From contig JBEKCB010000021.1 in NCBI GenBank assembly GCA_050015075.1, forward strand, positions 1 through 64,000: a stretch of 64,000 nucleotides of DNA. The letters are read 5' to 3'. The notes under the pieces were generated by a model. It searched no databases and was not told where the DNA came from. It worked only from the letters and a program-made list of their open reading frames with translations. Within the stretch, counting starts at the first letter, position 1; every line of letters starts with the position of its first letter. Below are positions 8,903 to 18,190 of this stretch, piece by piece. The stretch is from Candidatus Brocadiia bacterium (GTDB lineage: Bacteria > Planctomycetota > Brocadiia > CAIUPP01). A program made the translations under genes and the position numbers.

Positions 8903-10231
8903 CTACTCGCGCGACTTCAACGACAGACCGTAGCTCGCCAGTTTCTGCTTGACCTCGTTGAGCGAAGTCTGCCCGAAATTCGGGCACGAGAGGAGGTCCT
9001 TCTCGGTCTTCTGGATCAGATCGCCGACGGTCTCGATGCCGAGCGTGCGGGCGCACTTGAGGCTGCGGACGGAGAGCTCCATCTCGTCAATCGGGCGCGT
9101 GAGCGCGTCGGCCATCTCGGGCGAGGCGATCGCCGCGGGCGCCGGCCCCGCATCGGTCCGGCCCATGCCGAAATGCAGCCCCTTCGACTCCAGCAGCCCG
9201 CGCAGTTCGGCCAGCGACGTCTCGCCGAAGTTCTTGGAATTGCCGATCTCCGTCTCGGTCAGCCGCGCGAGGTCGCCCAGGGTGCGGATGTTCATCTTCT
9301 CGAGGCAGGCGCGGCAGCGGGCGGAGAGTTCGAACTCGCTCAACGGCACGCGGAGCAACACGGCGGTGCGGTGCTGGCGGCGCTCCACGGCCTCGTCGTA
9401 GAACATATTCAGGCTCGCCTCGGCGTCGGCGGCGTACAGCCGCGCGCGCGGGTCGCCCGGGTTGCCGGCCGCCACGCGGGCGAAGGTGCGCAGGGCGCGC
9501 TCGTAGTCGCCCCGGTCCTCGTAGAGAATCCCCAGGTTCATCAGCGCGTTCGTGTGGAGCGGGCGGATCTCCGCGGCCTTCTCGTAATAATCCAGCGCCC
9601 GGTCGTCGTTGCCGCGCAGGTCGTTCCAGAAACCCAATCGGAACAGCGCGCCGACGTGCTGCGGATCGAGTTCCACGGCGCGCTCATACGCCTCCATCGC
9701 CGCCTCGTAATCGGCGGCCTCTTCGAAGCAGCGGCCCTTCTGGTAATGGAGTTCCGCCTGGGCGTCGTGGGTCTTCTGGAAAGCGCGGATTTTCGCCAGC
9801 GCCTCTTCGCGGTTGCCCGCGCCGCGCAGCGCCTCCGCCTCCGCCATGCCGCAGACGAACGCGTCCTGCCCGGCCTGGGCGGCCCGGTGAAAACTCTTGA
9901 CCGCGCCGGCGTAGTCCTTCGTCTCCAGCCGGCACAGGCCCAGGAAATAGGCGCCGTCCGCGTCATCGCTCACCGGCTCCAGCGCCGCCGCGGCCTCGGC
10001 GTATTTCCGCTGGATCCACAGCCCGACGCCGGCGACCAGAGCCGACCGCACGCGCACATCCGGCGCATGCGAAGTCTTGTAGCGCTGCTGCGCCTCGCCG
10101 GTGAGTTTCTCCAGGATCGCCATCTCTCCGGAAATGCTGTACGCCAGCTCGCGCGCGTGGAGAAAATCGAGCCGACCCGCCTTCGGGTCTTCCATGATTT
10201 CGCTGATCGCGGCCTTCTTCCCCTCCGCCAT
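8903..10231 (-). CDS. TPR protein with two C-terminal RNA polymerase alpha-CTD-like domains
   Basis: TPR-like helices, then ELSARCRACLEKMNIRTLGDL...NFGETSLAEL and ELSVRSLKC...TVGDL...NFGQTSLNEVK. Confidence 0.88.
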   Translation of the reverse strand: MAEGKKAAISEIMEDPKAGRLDFLHARELAYSISGEMAILEKLTGEAQQRYKTSHAPDVRVRSALVAGVGLWIQRKYAEAAAALEPVSDDADGAYFLGLCRLETKDYAGAVKSFHRAAQAGQDAFVCGMAEAEALRGAGNREEALAKIRAFQKTHDAQAELHYQKGRCFEEAADYEAAMEAYERAVELDPQHVGALFRLGFWNDLRGNDDRALDYYEKAAEIRPLHTNALMNLGILYEDRGDYERALRTFARVAAGNPGDPRARLYAADAEASLNMFYDEAVERRQHRTAVLLRVPLSEFELSARCRACLEKMNIRTLGDLARLTETEIGNSKNFGETSLAELRGLLESKGLHFGMGRTDAGPAPAAIASPEMADALTRPIDEMELSVRSLKCARTLGIETVGDLIQKTEKDLLSCPNFGQTSLNEVKQKLASYGLSLKSRE

Positions 10232-10345
10232 GCGGTATATTCCTTTCAGTCAGTCTGAACATCGCGGCGGCGGATTCCGCCGCCTGTGAATTCCGGCCGG
10301 AGCGCGTTCTTTCTGAAGGTTGCGGACGCCTGAACGCATCCAGAA

Positions 10346-10374
10346 TTTATAGCAGAATCAATTCCGCAACGCAA
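10346..10374 (-). promoter_or_regulatory. sigma70-type promoter for the TPR/alpha-CTD gene
   Basis: TTGCGT-N17-TATAAA with TGn extension on the minus strand. Confidence 0.55.
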
Positions 10375-10451
10375 GGCGCACGAACGAAGAGCTGCGATTC
10401 ACTTTGAAGGAATGATGGGCAAAGGACCGGCTTGAAGCTGCGCGGCTATGC

Positions 10452-11075
10452 TCAACGCCAATTAATCGGACGACACAGGACGAAACCGCCGGGTTTCGGC
10501 ACCATGTCGGGGAATAGACTTTTTGCGTACTTTGTGCGTCCGATGACGAAGGAGGCGTAGGCAAGCCGGGCAAGGCGATTAGAAATACGGCCCGCCGGAA
10601 AGGCGACGATCACCTTTTTCGCGGGGAACAATCGTTTAATGGCCTCAAGCGGGGCGGCCAGATCGCTATCGCCCGATACGAGAATCGCTGTATCAAACTG
10701 ATTCTGAAAGGCGTCCGTCATCATTTCGACGGCGATGTTAACGTCAGTCATTTTCTCTTCTGGTGCCATCCAGCTACGTTTACAGTGGGGGCACAAAACT
10801 GAAGATTGCAGGTAATGACCATAATAGATGCGGAATTCAGGCAGCGTTTCTAGCGCCTCCAAGTAGATAGCCTGCCGATGGCTCTTATCTAGGTCGTGGT
10901 GGGACCCCGAAACGCGGCTTGTGAAGTACTTCGTGCGCGCTAGCACTTGATCGGGTTTCAGCAGATTCATCATCAACTGGTGAATGTTGAGCCAGTAAAA
11001 CTGCCGCCAGCCCCTTTCTTTAAGGCCAAAATAGAGGTTGAAACCGTCAATGTAAGCTATCACGCGCGTCGGCAT
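10452..11075 (-). CDS. NYN-domain (PIN-like, LabA/DUF88) nuclease
   Basis: YIDGFNLY, EEKMTDVNIA, LVSGDSDL acidic motifs plus CxxC; lower GC than flanks. Confidence 0.9.
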   Translation of the reverse strand: MPTRVIAYIDGFNLYFGLKERGWRQFYWLNIHQLMMNLLKPDQVLARTKYFTSRVSGSHHDLDKSHRQAIYLEALETLPEFRIYYGHYLQSSVLCPHCKRSWMAPEEKMTDVNIAVEMMTDAFQNQFDTAILVSGDSDLAAPLEAIKRLFPAKKVIVAFPAGRISNRLARLAYASFVIGRTKYAKSLFPDMVPKPGGFVLCRPINWR

Positions 11076-11136
11076 ATAACCCCTTGCCCACTATTATGAT
11101 GTGGCAATGTCACGACTTTTAACGCTAAAGTTTTCC

Positions 11137-11165
11137 TTGACAGGGGCCGATAATCGGATTAGAAT
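11137..11165 (+). promoter_or_regulatory. Near-consensus sigma70 promoter facing away from the NYN coding sequence
   Basis: TTGACA (11137-11142)-N17-TAGAAT (11160-11165). Confidence 0.7.
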
Positions 11166-11171
11166 GCCAGT

Positions 11172-11241
11172 GGAGTTGCCCCCCCGGCGATAGTATCGCT
11201 GGGCCGACGCCCTCCCGCTTTGCGGGAGGGCGTTTCTTTTT
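11172..11241 (+). ncRNA. Candidate ~70 nt two-hairpin sRNA antisense to the NYN 5' leader
   Basis: Follows the promoter; hairpin CCCGGCGAT/ATCGCTGGG, then 12-bp hairpin ACGCCCTCCCGC-TTT-GCGGGAGGGCGT and a T-tract; no ORF. Confidence 0.6.
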
Positions 11242-11252
11242 ATACTGCGAGG

Positions 11253-11281
11253 ACTCTACCACGCTCCATCTGATTGTGCAA
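11253..11281 (-). promoter_or_regulatory. sigma70-type promoter for NYN
   Basis: TTGCAC-N17-TAGAGT with TGn extension on the minus strand. Confidence 0.55.
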
Positions 11282-11289
11282 GCAAATTG

Positions 11290-11480
11290 CTATCCGGGTA
11301 GTCTTGTACGATCCGCCCGATTGATGCTACCGCCCTTCCTATGGGGCACCTCCTGTTTTTCAAGCATCACGCCTAGATCGGCCACCGTCCAAACCTTGTC
11401 GGTAATCCCATAGCCATAGGCCGCGTAACCCGAGGCAACTTGTGAGTCCGGCAAAAGCTGTAAAAGAAGCCAGCATTCAC
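11290..11480 (-). pseudogene. Frameshifted C-terminal remnant of an IS1-family transposase
   Basis: Manual translation FFYSFCRTHKLPRVTRPMA / GITDKVWTVADL resembles the YNFCRxHxxLxxTPAMAAGxTDxxW terminus of IS1-type transposases. Confidence 0.6.
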
Positions 11481-11487
11481 TCGACCG

Positions 11488-12748
11488 TCACTTGCCCGCG
11501 GGGTTCCCTTGTGCCCTGCCCTCGCGCGTTTCCGCCGCCGGCGTATCGCCGTTCCTGATTTCTTCCTCCTCGTCCACGTTCACTTCCAGCAGGTGCCTGG
11601 GCAGGAAGATGAGGCCCGCGATCAAGGTCGGCACGACCGCGCTGGCCATCACCACCGCCACGAGGAAGGAATACTGCTCGCGCGTCACAATGCTGTGGCT
11701 GAGGCCGTAAAGCGCCGAGATGGTCCCGAAGGTCAGCCCGGTGGACATCATCAGCGTGTAATACCAGCGCTCCTTGTGATTTTCGCGGAACCGGCCGATC
11801 ACCGGGTACAGGCCGAAAATCTTCGAGACGACCTTGCCGCCGAGAAGGAGAAAGAAGACCGCCGGAGCGGCCAGGATCGCGCCGACGCCGACCAGCGACC
11901 CGGCGCGGATGAAGTAAAACGGCGTCAGCAGCCCCACCGTCAGCGTCCTCAGCCGCCGCACCCAGTGCTGGTCCTGCGCGGCCGCGCCGGCGAGCGCCAT
12001 GCCCGCGATGTAGGCCGGCAGCACCGCTTCGCTCCCCGACCAGAGCGCCAGCGCCCCGAGGCCGAAGAGCACCAGCAGCACCCACTTGGTCCGGATCGCC
12101 GCCGTGCGGAAAGCGTACCGGCGCGTGAGCCGGCCGGTCAGGAACGGCAGCGCGCCCAGGAGCACGGCGCTGGTCCCGACGAAGATCGCCGTCTTGTACG
12201 TGAACGGCGCGAAGATCAGCCCCAATGCAATCACCGTCCCGAGGTCGTTGATGAAGCACGCCCCGAGGATTCCCTTGCCGAAGTCGGTCTTGTTGAAGCC
12301 CGTCTCGAGCATGACCGCGTACACGACGGCCATGGAGGTGGTCGAGAGCGCCACGCCCGCCAGCCAGCTCGCCCGCGCGTCCCAGTGGAGCAGATAGTAC
12401 GCGGCCGCCGTGCAGCCGAGAAACGGCGCGGCGAACCCGATCGCGCCGACGACCGACACTTCCTTCCATTTCGCCCGGAGCACCGCCGGTTCCAGCTCGG
12501 CCCCCGCGAGGAACGTGAGCACCACCGCGCCCGTGCCCGCGAGGAACCGCAGCCAGTCCAGGTTCGACCCGAGCGAATCGGCGCCGAAGTAACGCGTCGC
12601 GGCCGTCCCGGCCGCGATCCCCACGCAGATTTCCACCAGCGCCGTCGAGATTCGGATGTGATTGGCCAGGACCGTGGCCACCACGGCGAGCCCAAGCCAG
12701 ATCGCGGCGATGGTGTAGGCATTGGTCATCGAGAAGGCGGCAGGCATG
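11488..12748 (-). CDS. Cation:proton antiporter (Na+/H+ exchanger family)
   Basis: Many hydrophobic segments, FLAGAELE, LSTTSMAVV, CFINDLG; start at ATG 12748 after GGAGA. Confidence 0.88.
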
Positions 12749-12823
12749 GAGTCTCCCTGGAGCCGGTTTAACATCACGGCAAAAAAGCTAGCGAATTACA
12801 CGGAGCGTCCGAGCGGTAAACAA

Positions 12824-12915
12824 TCGTCCTCGTCCTCGTCCTCGTCCTCGTCGTCGTCCTCGGCCGTTCGGCTGCGCAGTTCGAGGACGAGGACGACGAC
12901 GAGAACCAGTACGAT
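12824..12915. repeat. Second inverted hexamer-repeat element (CTCGTC)n ... (GACGAG)n
   Basis: Same unit as 4186-4297; lies in the antiporter leader. Confidence 0.85.
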
Positions 12916-12982
12916 GCGATCACCGCGTTCCCCGTGTCATTCGTGTATCAAACCTTTCGGGGTTATGAAACAGGCCTTAAAC

Positions 12983-13012
12983 GAAAAAACCCCGCCTCAC
13001 GGCAGGGTCTTC
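12983..13012 (-). terminator. Intrinsic terminator of the riboswitch expression platform
   Basis: ACCCTGCC-GTGA-GGCGGGGT followed by TTTTT on the minus strand. Confidence 0.7.
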
Positions 13013-13048
13013 ACCACGCGGCTTCAACTCCCACCGTGCCGGCGCACA

Positions 13049-13102
13049 CGATAGGAGTCATCAGCCGGACGTTGGCGTTTATACGGGGGACTCCATCCCC
13101 AG
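13049..13102 (-). promoter_or_regulatory. Fluoride (crcB) riboswitch
   Basis: GGGGATGGAGTCCCCCGTATAAACGCC...GGCTGATGACTCCTATC matches the crcB aptamer pattern; upstream TTGCAT...TATAAT promoter at 13110-13139. Confidence 0.88.
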
Positions 13103-13291
13103 GAAAACGATTATACCGAACAGGGAACGGAAAATGCAAAGTGCAACATGTGAGCCCGGATTTGCCCGACACGCCGGAAAGCCGCCGGGAATGAACTTGA
13201 CAGAGGCCGCTTCGAGGGTACAATACCTCCGTCTGGAACTGGTCCTCCTCAAAGGGACAGTCCCCTTCGAAACTCCCAATGGAGATGGAAG

Positions 13292-14404
13292 ATGAAGAGT
13301 TGTCATGTGGGATTAGCGGCCGCCGGTGGGATGGTTCTGATGCTGGCGCCCTGGGTCGTCGCACAGACCTCGTCCGGCCGGTCCGCACTGACAGAAAAGG
13401 AGTCAAGCGCCGCCATGGCCACCACCGCGCAACAGGATTCTCCGCCGCGGAAAATCGTCGTCGGCTCGCTGATGTACGCCATGTACCGCGACTACCCCGG
13501 CCTTGAGAAACGCCTTCAGACGCTCTCTGCGTTCATTGACGACATGGCGGCGCAGTCGCAGCAGAAGTACGGCGCCGGGCTGGACGTGGTTGCGCTGCCG
13601 GAGTGCGCCGTCAACGGCGGCCGGCCAGGCTCCGCCGCCGAGACCGCCGAGCCGATGCAGGGACCGGTGCTGGAGATCCTCGGCGCCGCGGCCAGAAAGC
13701 ACAAGACCTACGTTATCGTGCCGCTGGTCCTGGCCGAGGACGCTGCCAGGAAGAAGGTCTACAACGCGTGTGTGCTGCTGGACCGGCAAGGCAAGGTGGC
13801 GGGCGTCTACCGCAAGGTGTACGTGGTCGCCGACGATGCGAATGTCCTGGAAGGCGGCGCGCTGCCCGGGAAAGACTTCCCGGTGTTCCAGTGCGACTTC
13901 GGGAAGCTGGGCATTCAGATATGCTTTGACATGTCCTACGACGCCGGATGGGAGACGCTCGCCCGCAAGGGCGCCGAGATCGTCGTGTGGTCCTCTCAGT
14001 CTCCGCAGATCCTCGGCGCGCAGTGCCGTTCCCACGAGCACCACTACTACCTCCTCACGAGCACCTGGCGGAACAACGCCACGCTGGTGGATCCGACCGG
14101 CGCCGTCATCGCGCAGACCACCACGCCCTCCAGCGTGCTCGTCGAGCAGATTGATCTGTCGTACGTCCTCCTGGATTGGCAGGTCAAACTCGAGAACGGC
14201 AAAGCCCTCGCGGACAAGTACGGCAAGGCGGTCGGCTTCCGCTACAGCGAGGCCGAGGACGGCGGCATTTTCTGGTCCAACGACCCGAAGATCCCCGTGA
14301 TGAAGATGGTCCGGGAACTGGGCCTGGAGCTGTCATCCGACTGCGTCAGCCGGAATCGCAGGCTGCAGGACGAGGCCCGCGGCGGCCCGCCGAGCGCGGA
14401 GTGA
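13292..14404 (+). CDS. Exported carbon-nitrogen hydrolase (nitrilase superfamily)
   Basis: ALPE / YRK / ICFD catalytic triad motifs; N-terminal signal peptide. Confidence 0.85.
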   Translation: MKSCHVGLAAAGGMVLMLAPWVVAQTSSGRSALTEKESSAAMATTAQQDSPPRKIVVGSLMYAMYRDYPGLEKRLQTLSAFIDDMAAQSQQKYGAGLDVVALPECAVNGGRPGSAAETAEPMQGPVLEILGAAARKHKTYVIVPLVLAEDAARKKVYNACVLLDRQGKVAGVYRKVYVVADDANVLEGGALPGKDFPVFQCDFGKLGIQICFDMSYDAGWETLARKGAEIVVWSSQSPQILGAQCRSHEHHYYLLTSTWRNNATLVDPTGAVIAQTTTPSSVLVEQIDLSYVLLDWQVKLENGKALADKYGKAVGFRYSEAEDGGIFWSNDPKIPVMKMVRELGLELSSDCVSRNRRLQDEARGGPPSAE

Positions 14405-14406
14405 CC

Positions 14407-16269
14407 ATGCCCGCAAGGAAAGGCCTCCTGATCGCCGCGATGCTGCTCAGCAGCCCGTTGTGCGCCGCCACGTATTACGTGGACTTCGACAAGGGCGATG
14501 ACGCCCAGCCGGGGACGACCCAGGCCACCGCCTGGAAGCACGCGCCGGGGGACCGGAACGCCGCAGACAAGCCGCGGTCGGCGGCGCTGGCGCCCGGCGA
14601 CACAGTGCTGTTCAAGAGCGGAGTTATCTACCGCGGCAGCATCGTGGTCGGCGCCTCCGGAGAGGAGGGTCGGTCCATCACCTTCGACGGCAACAGCGGC
14701 CGGTTCGGTCAAGGCCGCGCGGTCATTGACGGCTCCGAGGTCGTTACCGGCTGGCAGCCGTGCAAGTCGGCCGAGGAGGCCGGCGGCAACCCCAACTGGA
14801 AGAACATCTGCTGGGCATGGCTTTCCGCGCCTGTGGCGCCCTTCTCGTCGAACATGTACCAGGGCGAGAAGATGTGCTGGCTGGCGCAGGACCCGAAACC
14901 GAAGGACCCCTTCTACCAGGACCGCCCCGAAGGCCACCACAGGATCGTCCAGGCGACCGCCGACACCATCACCGACCCGCAGGTCTTCACGCAGCCGGAG
15001 CCCGGCGCGTGGGACGGCGCGTGGCTGATCGTCTACGCCGACCCCAACTATGCCTACTTCGTCAAGGTCACCGCCTACGACCCCGCCGCTCACCGGGTCA
15101 CGCACTCCGGGAACTTGACGAAGCCGACGAGCTACGCGGTGCTGAACAGCCTCCGGTGCCTGGATACCGCCGGCGAGTACGTCCTCCGCGATGAGCAGGG
15201 CCGTCAGCGGGTTTTCCTGTGGCCGCACGCGGCGGAGGAGCTTCTCAAGACCGGCGCGAGCGTCTCGCGGCTGGGGACCGGGTTCGTCGTCGCCGGCCGG
15301 AAGCACGTCGTGATCCAGGGATTCACAATCCAGAAGTTCGCGGCCGGTGAGCAGACGGCGATGGGCGTCCAGGTGAGCAAGAGCGAGTTCATCACCGTGC
15401 GGGACAACGACGTGCGGTTCGGCAACCACGGGCGGACCGGCGGCGTGGCGCACGGCGCGGGCATCGCGGTGGACGACGGACAGGACGTGCTCGTGGAGAA
15501 TAACCGCGTGTGCGATAACCGGCGCTGCTGCGGCATACTGGTCCATCCCGCCAGGCGGTGCGTCGTCCGCGGCAACCTCGTCCGCAAGAGCGGCTACGTG
15601 GGCATCTGGCTGATGCGGGTGGCGCAGAGCCAGGTCGTCGGGAACACTGTCACGGACAACCACGGCGTCCACTCCAACGCGATATCCGTCTACGTGAACT
15701 GCGCCGACATCCTCATCGCCGGCAACCGCGTCTCCCACGCCGACCGGCCGCTCACGTTGGAGGACTCCGACAACCTGTTCGTCATCAATAACTCGCTGGT
15801 CAGCGACACGACGCTGGCCGTCGGGCTCTGGAGCGGGCGGCCTCACAAGCACCTTCTCTTCCTCAACAACCTCATCCTAGGACCGGAGAACCAGGGCATC
15901 TACGCGGTGAACAAGGTGGTTACGGACTGCACCTTCGAGAACAACATCATCGCCTCGTTCTCCGGCGAAGCCGCCATAGACGCAAAGGCGAACAAGTTCA
16001 GGAACAATATCTACCTGAACCCGCGGCAGGGACTCTTCGACGCCAGCGAGAAGCAGGCGGATGGCAACGACCTCTTCGTCGCTCCCGCGAAAGAGGACTA
16101 TCACCTCAAGGCGGGCAGCCCGGCCGTGGATGCCGGAGCGGACGTCAGCGCGCTCTATCCCAGGGCCGCCTTCCCCGATTACGACTTCGACAAGGACCTG
16201 GACGGCCGGCCGCGCAGGCAGGGCCCGGTTGTGGATATCGGGCCGTATGAACACGCATCCCCGAAATAG
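14407..16269 (+). CDS. Secreted right-handed beta-helix protein (pectate-lyase-like fold)
   Basis: Signal peptide, ATYYVD...PGDTVLFKSG, Asn-rich beta-helix repeats, DYHLKAGSPAVDAG...DIGPYE tail. Confidence 0.8.
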   Translation: MPARKGLLIAAMLLSSPLCAATYYVDFDKGDDAQPGTTQATAWKHAPGDRNAADKPRSAALAPGDTVLFKSGVIYRGSIVVGASGEEGRSITFDGNSGRFGQGRAVIDGSEVVTGWQPCKSAEEAGGNPNWKNICWAWLSAPVAPFSSNMYQGEKMCWLAQDPKPKDPFYQDRPEGHHRIVQATADTITDPQVFTQPEPGAWDGAWLIVYADPNYAYFVKVTAYDPAAHRVTHSGNLTKPTSYAVLNSLRCLDTAGEYVLRDEQGRQRVFLWPHAAEELLKTGASVSRLGTGFVVAGRKHVVIQGFTIQKFAAGEQTAMGVQVSKSEFITVRDNDVRFGNHGRTGGVAHGAGIAVDDGQDVLVENNRVCDNRRCCGILVHPARRCVVRGNLVRKSGYVGIWLMRVAQSQVVGNTVTDNHGVHSNAISVYVNCADILIAGNRVSHADRPLTLEDSDNLFVINNSLVSDTTLAVGLWSGRPHKHLLFLNNLILGPENQGIYAVNKVVTDCTFENNIIASFSGEAAIDAKANKFRNNIYLNPRQGLFDASEKQADGNDLFVAPAKEDYHLKAGSPAVDAGADVSALYPRAAFPDYDFDKDLDGRPRRQGPVVDIGPYEHASPK

Positions 16270-16284
16270 AATGGCAGGTCAGCC

Positions 16285-18141
16285 ATGAGAAAAAGCCTCC
16301 TGATCGCCGCGATCCTGCTCAGCAGCCCGGTGTGGGCTGCCACTTATTATGTGGACTTCGACAAGGGCGACGACGCCCAGCCGGGGACGACCCAGGCCAC
16401 CGCATGGAAGCACGCGCCGGGCGACCGGAACGCCACGGACCTGCCGCGGTCGGCGGCGCTGGCGCCCGGCGATGCGGTGCTGTTCAAGGGCGGCGTGATC
16501 TATCGGGGCTCTGTGGAGATTCCGGCCTCGGGGAAAGAAGGCGGCCTCATCACCTACAAGGGCGATGGCTGGGGCGCCGGCAAGGCGGTGCTCGATACTT
16601 CCATTGTGTTCGGCACGAAGTGGACCCGATGCGCTTCCGCCGACGAGCTGCGCGGAAACGGGAACTTCGATAAGATCTATTACACCGACGCCCCGAAAGG
16701 ATATGACTTCCGCACGGGGACTTACGAGAACGGCGATTTTCTCTATCCGTGCCAGGACCCGACGCCCGCCGACCAGTTCCATTATGACCGCATTGACCAG
16801 TTGCGGGTGCTGCCGTACAAGGACCCGGCGGTGTTGCAGACGGAAAGCTCCGTCATGGATGCTCGAAATTTCACGCAGACCGATCCGGCATACTACGACG
16901 GCGCCTATGTGATCGTCTGGCAAGTGCCCAACGAGACGGTGATCCACAAGATCACCGCCTTCGATCCGGCGACGCATACCCTCCGGCACGAAGAGGTCGG
17001 CCCCGCGGGGATTTATAAAGACAGGGAGTCTTATTACGCGATCATGAACCACCCCGCCGCCCTGTCCGGGCCGGGGCAGTATTACTATGACGAGAAGACC
17101 GGCCGGCTGTATGTCTGGCCGCGCAAGGGCGCCAACCCCGCGGAGAACGAGTACAGCATCACGACCGGCGGCGCCGGCATCACGGCCACAGATAAGCACG
17201 ACGTGGCGATCGAGGGCTTCGTGGTCCAGAAGTTCGTTTTCGGCATACGGGCCATCGCCAACGAGCACGGAACCTATAACGTGGTGATCAGGGACAACGA
17301 GGTGCGCAATCTCAAGTCGAACGACTGGTACGCCATCCAGGCGAGCGGCACGAACATGAAGGTGATCAATAACCGGATCACGGATTGTCAGCGGGCCGTG
17401 GGCATTCTGGCCGGGGGCAAGGACATCGTCGTCCGGGGCAATTTCCTGCAACGGACTTCCCGCCAGGGCATCTGGTTCATGGGGGTCGAGCACTCCGAGA
17501 TCGTCGGCAATACCGTCGTGGACATCAGCGGCACGCACTCCAACGGCATCTCGATCTACCTGTTCTCCAAGGACACCCTCGTGGCCGGCAACAAGGTGCT
17601 CAAGACCGGCTCCGCCTTCACCTACCACGGCAACCAGGGCAAGACGCCGAAGGCCGAGGGTCTTTACGTGTACAGCAATCTGTTCGACGGCGCGTCGAAC
17701 TGTTGGGACGACACGATGAGCGATGTCGCCATCGTGAACAACACTTTTCTTGGCGTGGCGAACGTGGGCCGCTACCAGGGGAAACAGGTCTTCGTCAACA
17801 ACATCGTCAATGGCGGCGGGGCCGGGACGATCTGCAGCCACAACATCTACACGGCGCTGATGTGGAACCAGGATAGCCAGTACAAATGGGCGCTGGCCGA
17901 GGGCGAGATGGACTGGTCCAAGAAGGACCGCGGCGAGATATTCGCCGATTTAGCCAAGGGCGACTGCCACCTGAAGGCGGGTTCTCCGGCCATGGATGCC
18001 GGGCTGGATGCCACCGCTTATCTGCCCGCCGCGCTGTTCCCGGATTACGATTTCTCCAAGGACATCGAGGGCCGTCCCCGTGCGCGCGACGGGAAGTGGC
18101 CGATCGGGGCCTATGGGCCCGCGGACAACCAGGCGAAGTAA
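16285..18141 (+). CDS. Secreted right-handed beta-helix protein, tandem paralog
   Basis: Same architecture as the upstream gene with a near-identical N-terminus. Confidence 0.8.
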   Translation: MRKSLLIAAILLSSPVWAATYYVDFDKGDDAQPGTTQATAWKHAPGDRNATDLPRSAALAPGDAVLFKGGVIYRGSVEIPASGKEGGLITYKGDGWGAGKAVLDTSIVFGTKWTRCASADELRGNGNFDKIYYTDAPKGYDFRTGTYENGDFLYPCQDPTPADQFHYDRIDQLRVLPYKDPAVLQTESSVMDARNFTQTDPAYYDGAYVIVWQVPNETVIHKITAFDPATHTLRHEEVGPAGIYKDRESYYAIMNHPAALSGPGQYYYDEKTGRLYVWPRKGANPAENEYSITTGGAGITATDKHDVAIEGFVVQKFVFGIRAIANEHGTYNVVIRDNEVRNLKSNDWYAIQASGTNMKVINNRITDCQRAVGILAGGKDIVVRGNFLQRTSRQGIWFMGVEHSEIVGNTVVDISGTHSNGISIYLFSKDTLVAGNKVLKTGSAFTYHGNQGKTPKAEGLYVYSNLFDGASNCWDDTMSDVAIVNNTFLGVANVGRYQGKQVFVNNIVNGGGAGTICSHNIYTALMWNQDSQYKWALAEGEMDWSKKDRGEIFADLAKGDCHLKAGSPAMDAGLDATAYLPAALFPDYDFSKDIEGRPRARDGKWPIGAYGPADNQAK

Positions 18142-18190
18142 GCGGATTCAAGAGCCAAGTCAGGTTCCAACAAACGAAAGCGAGGCGAAA

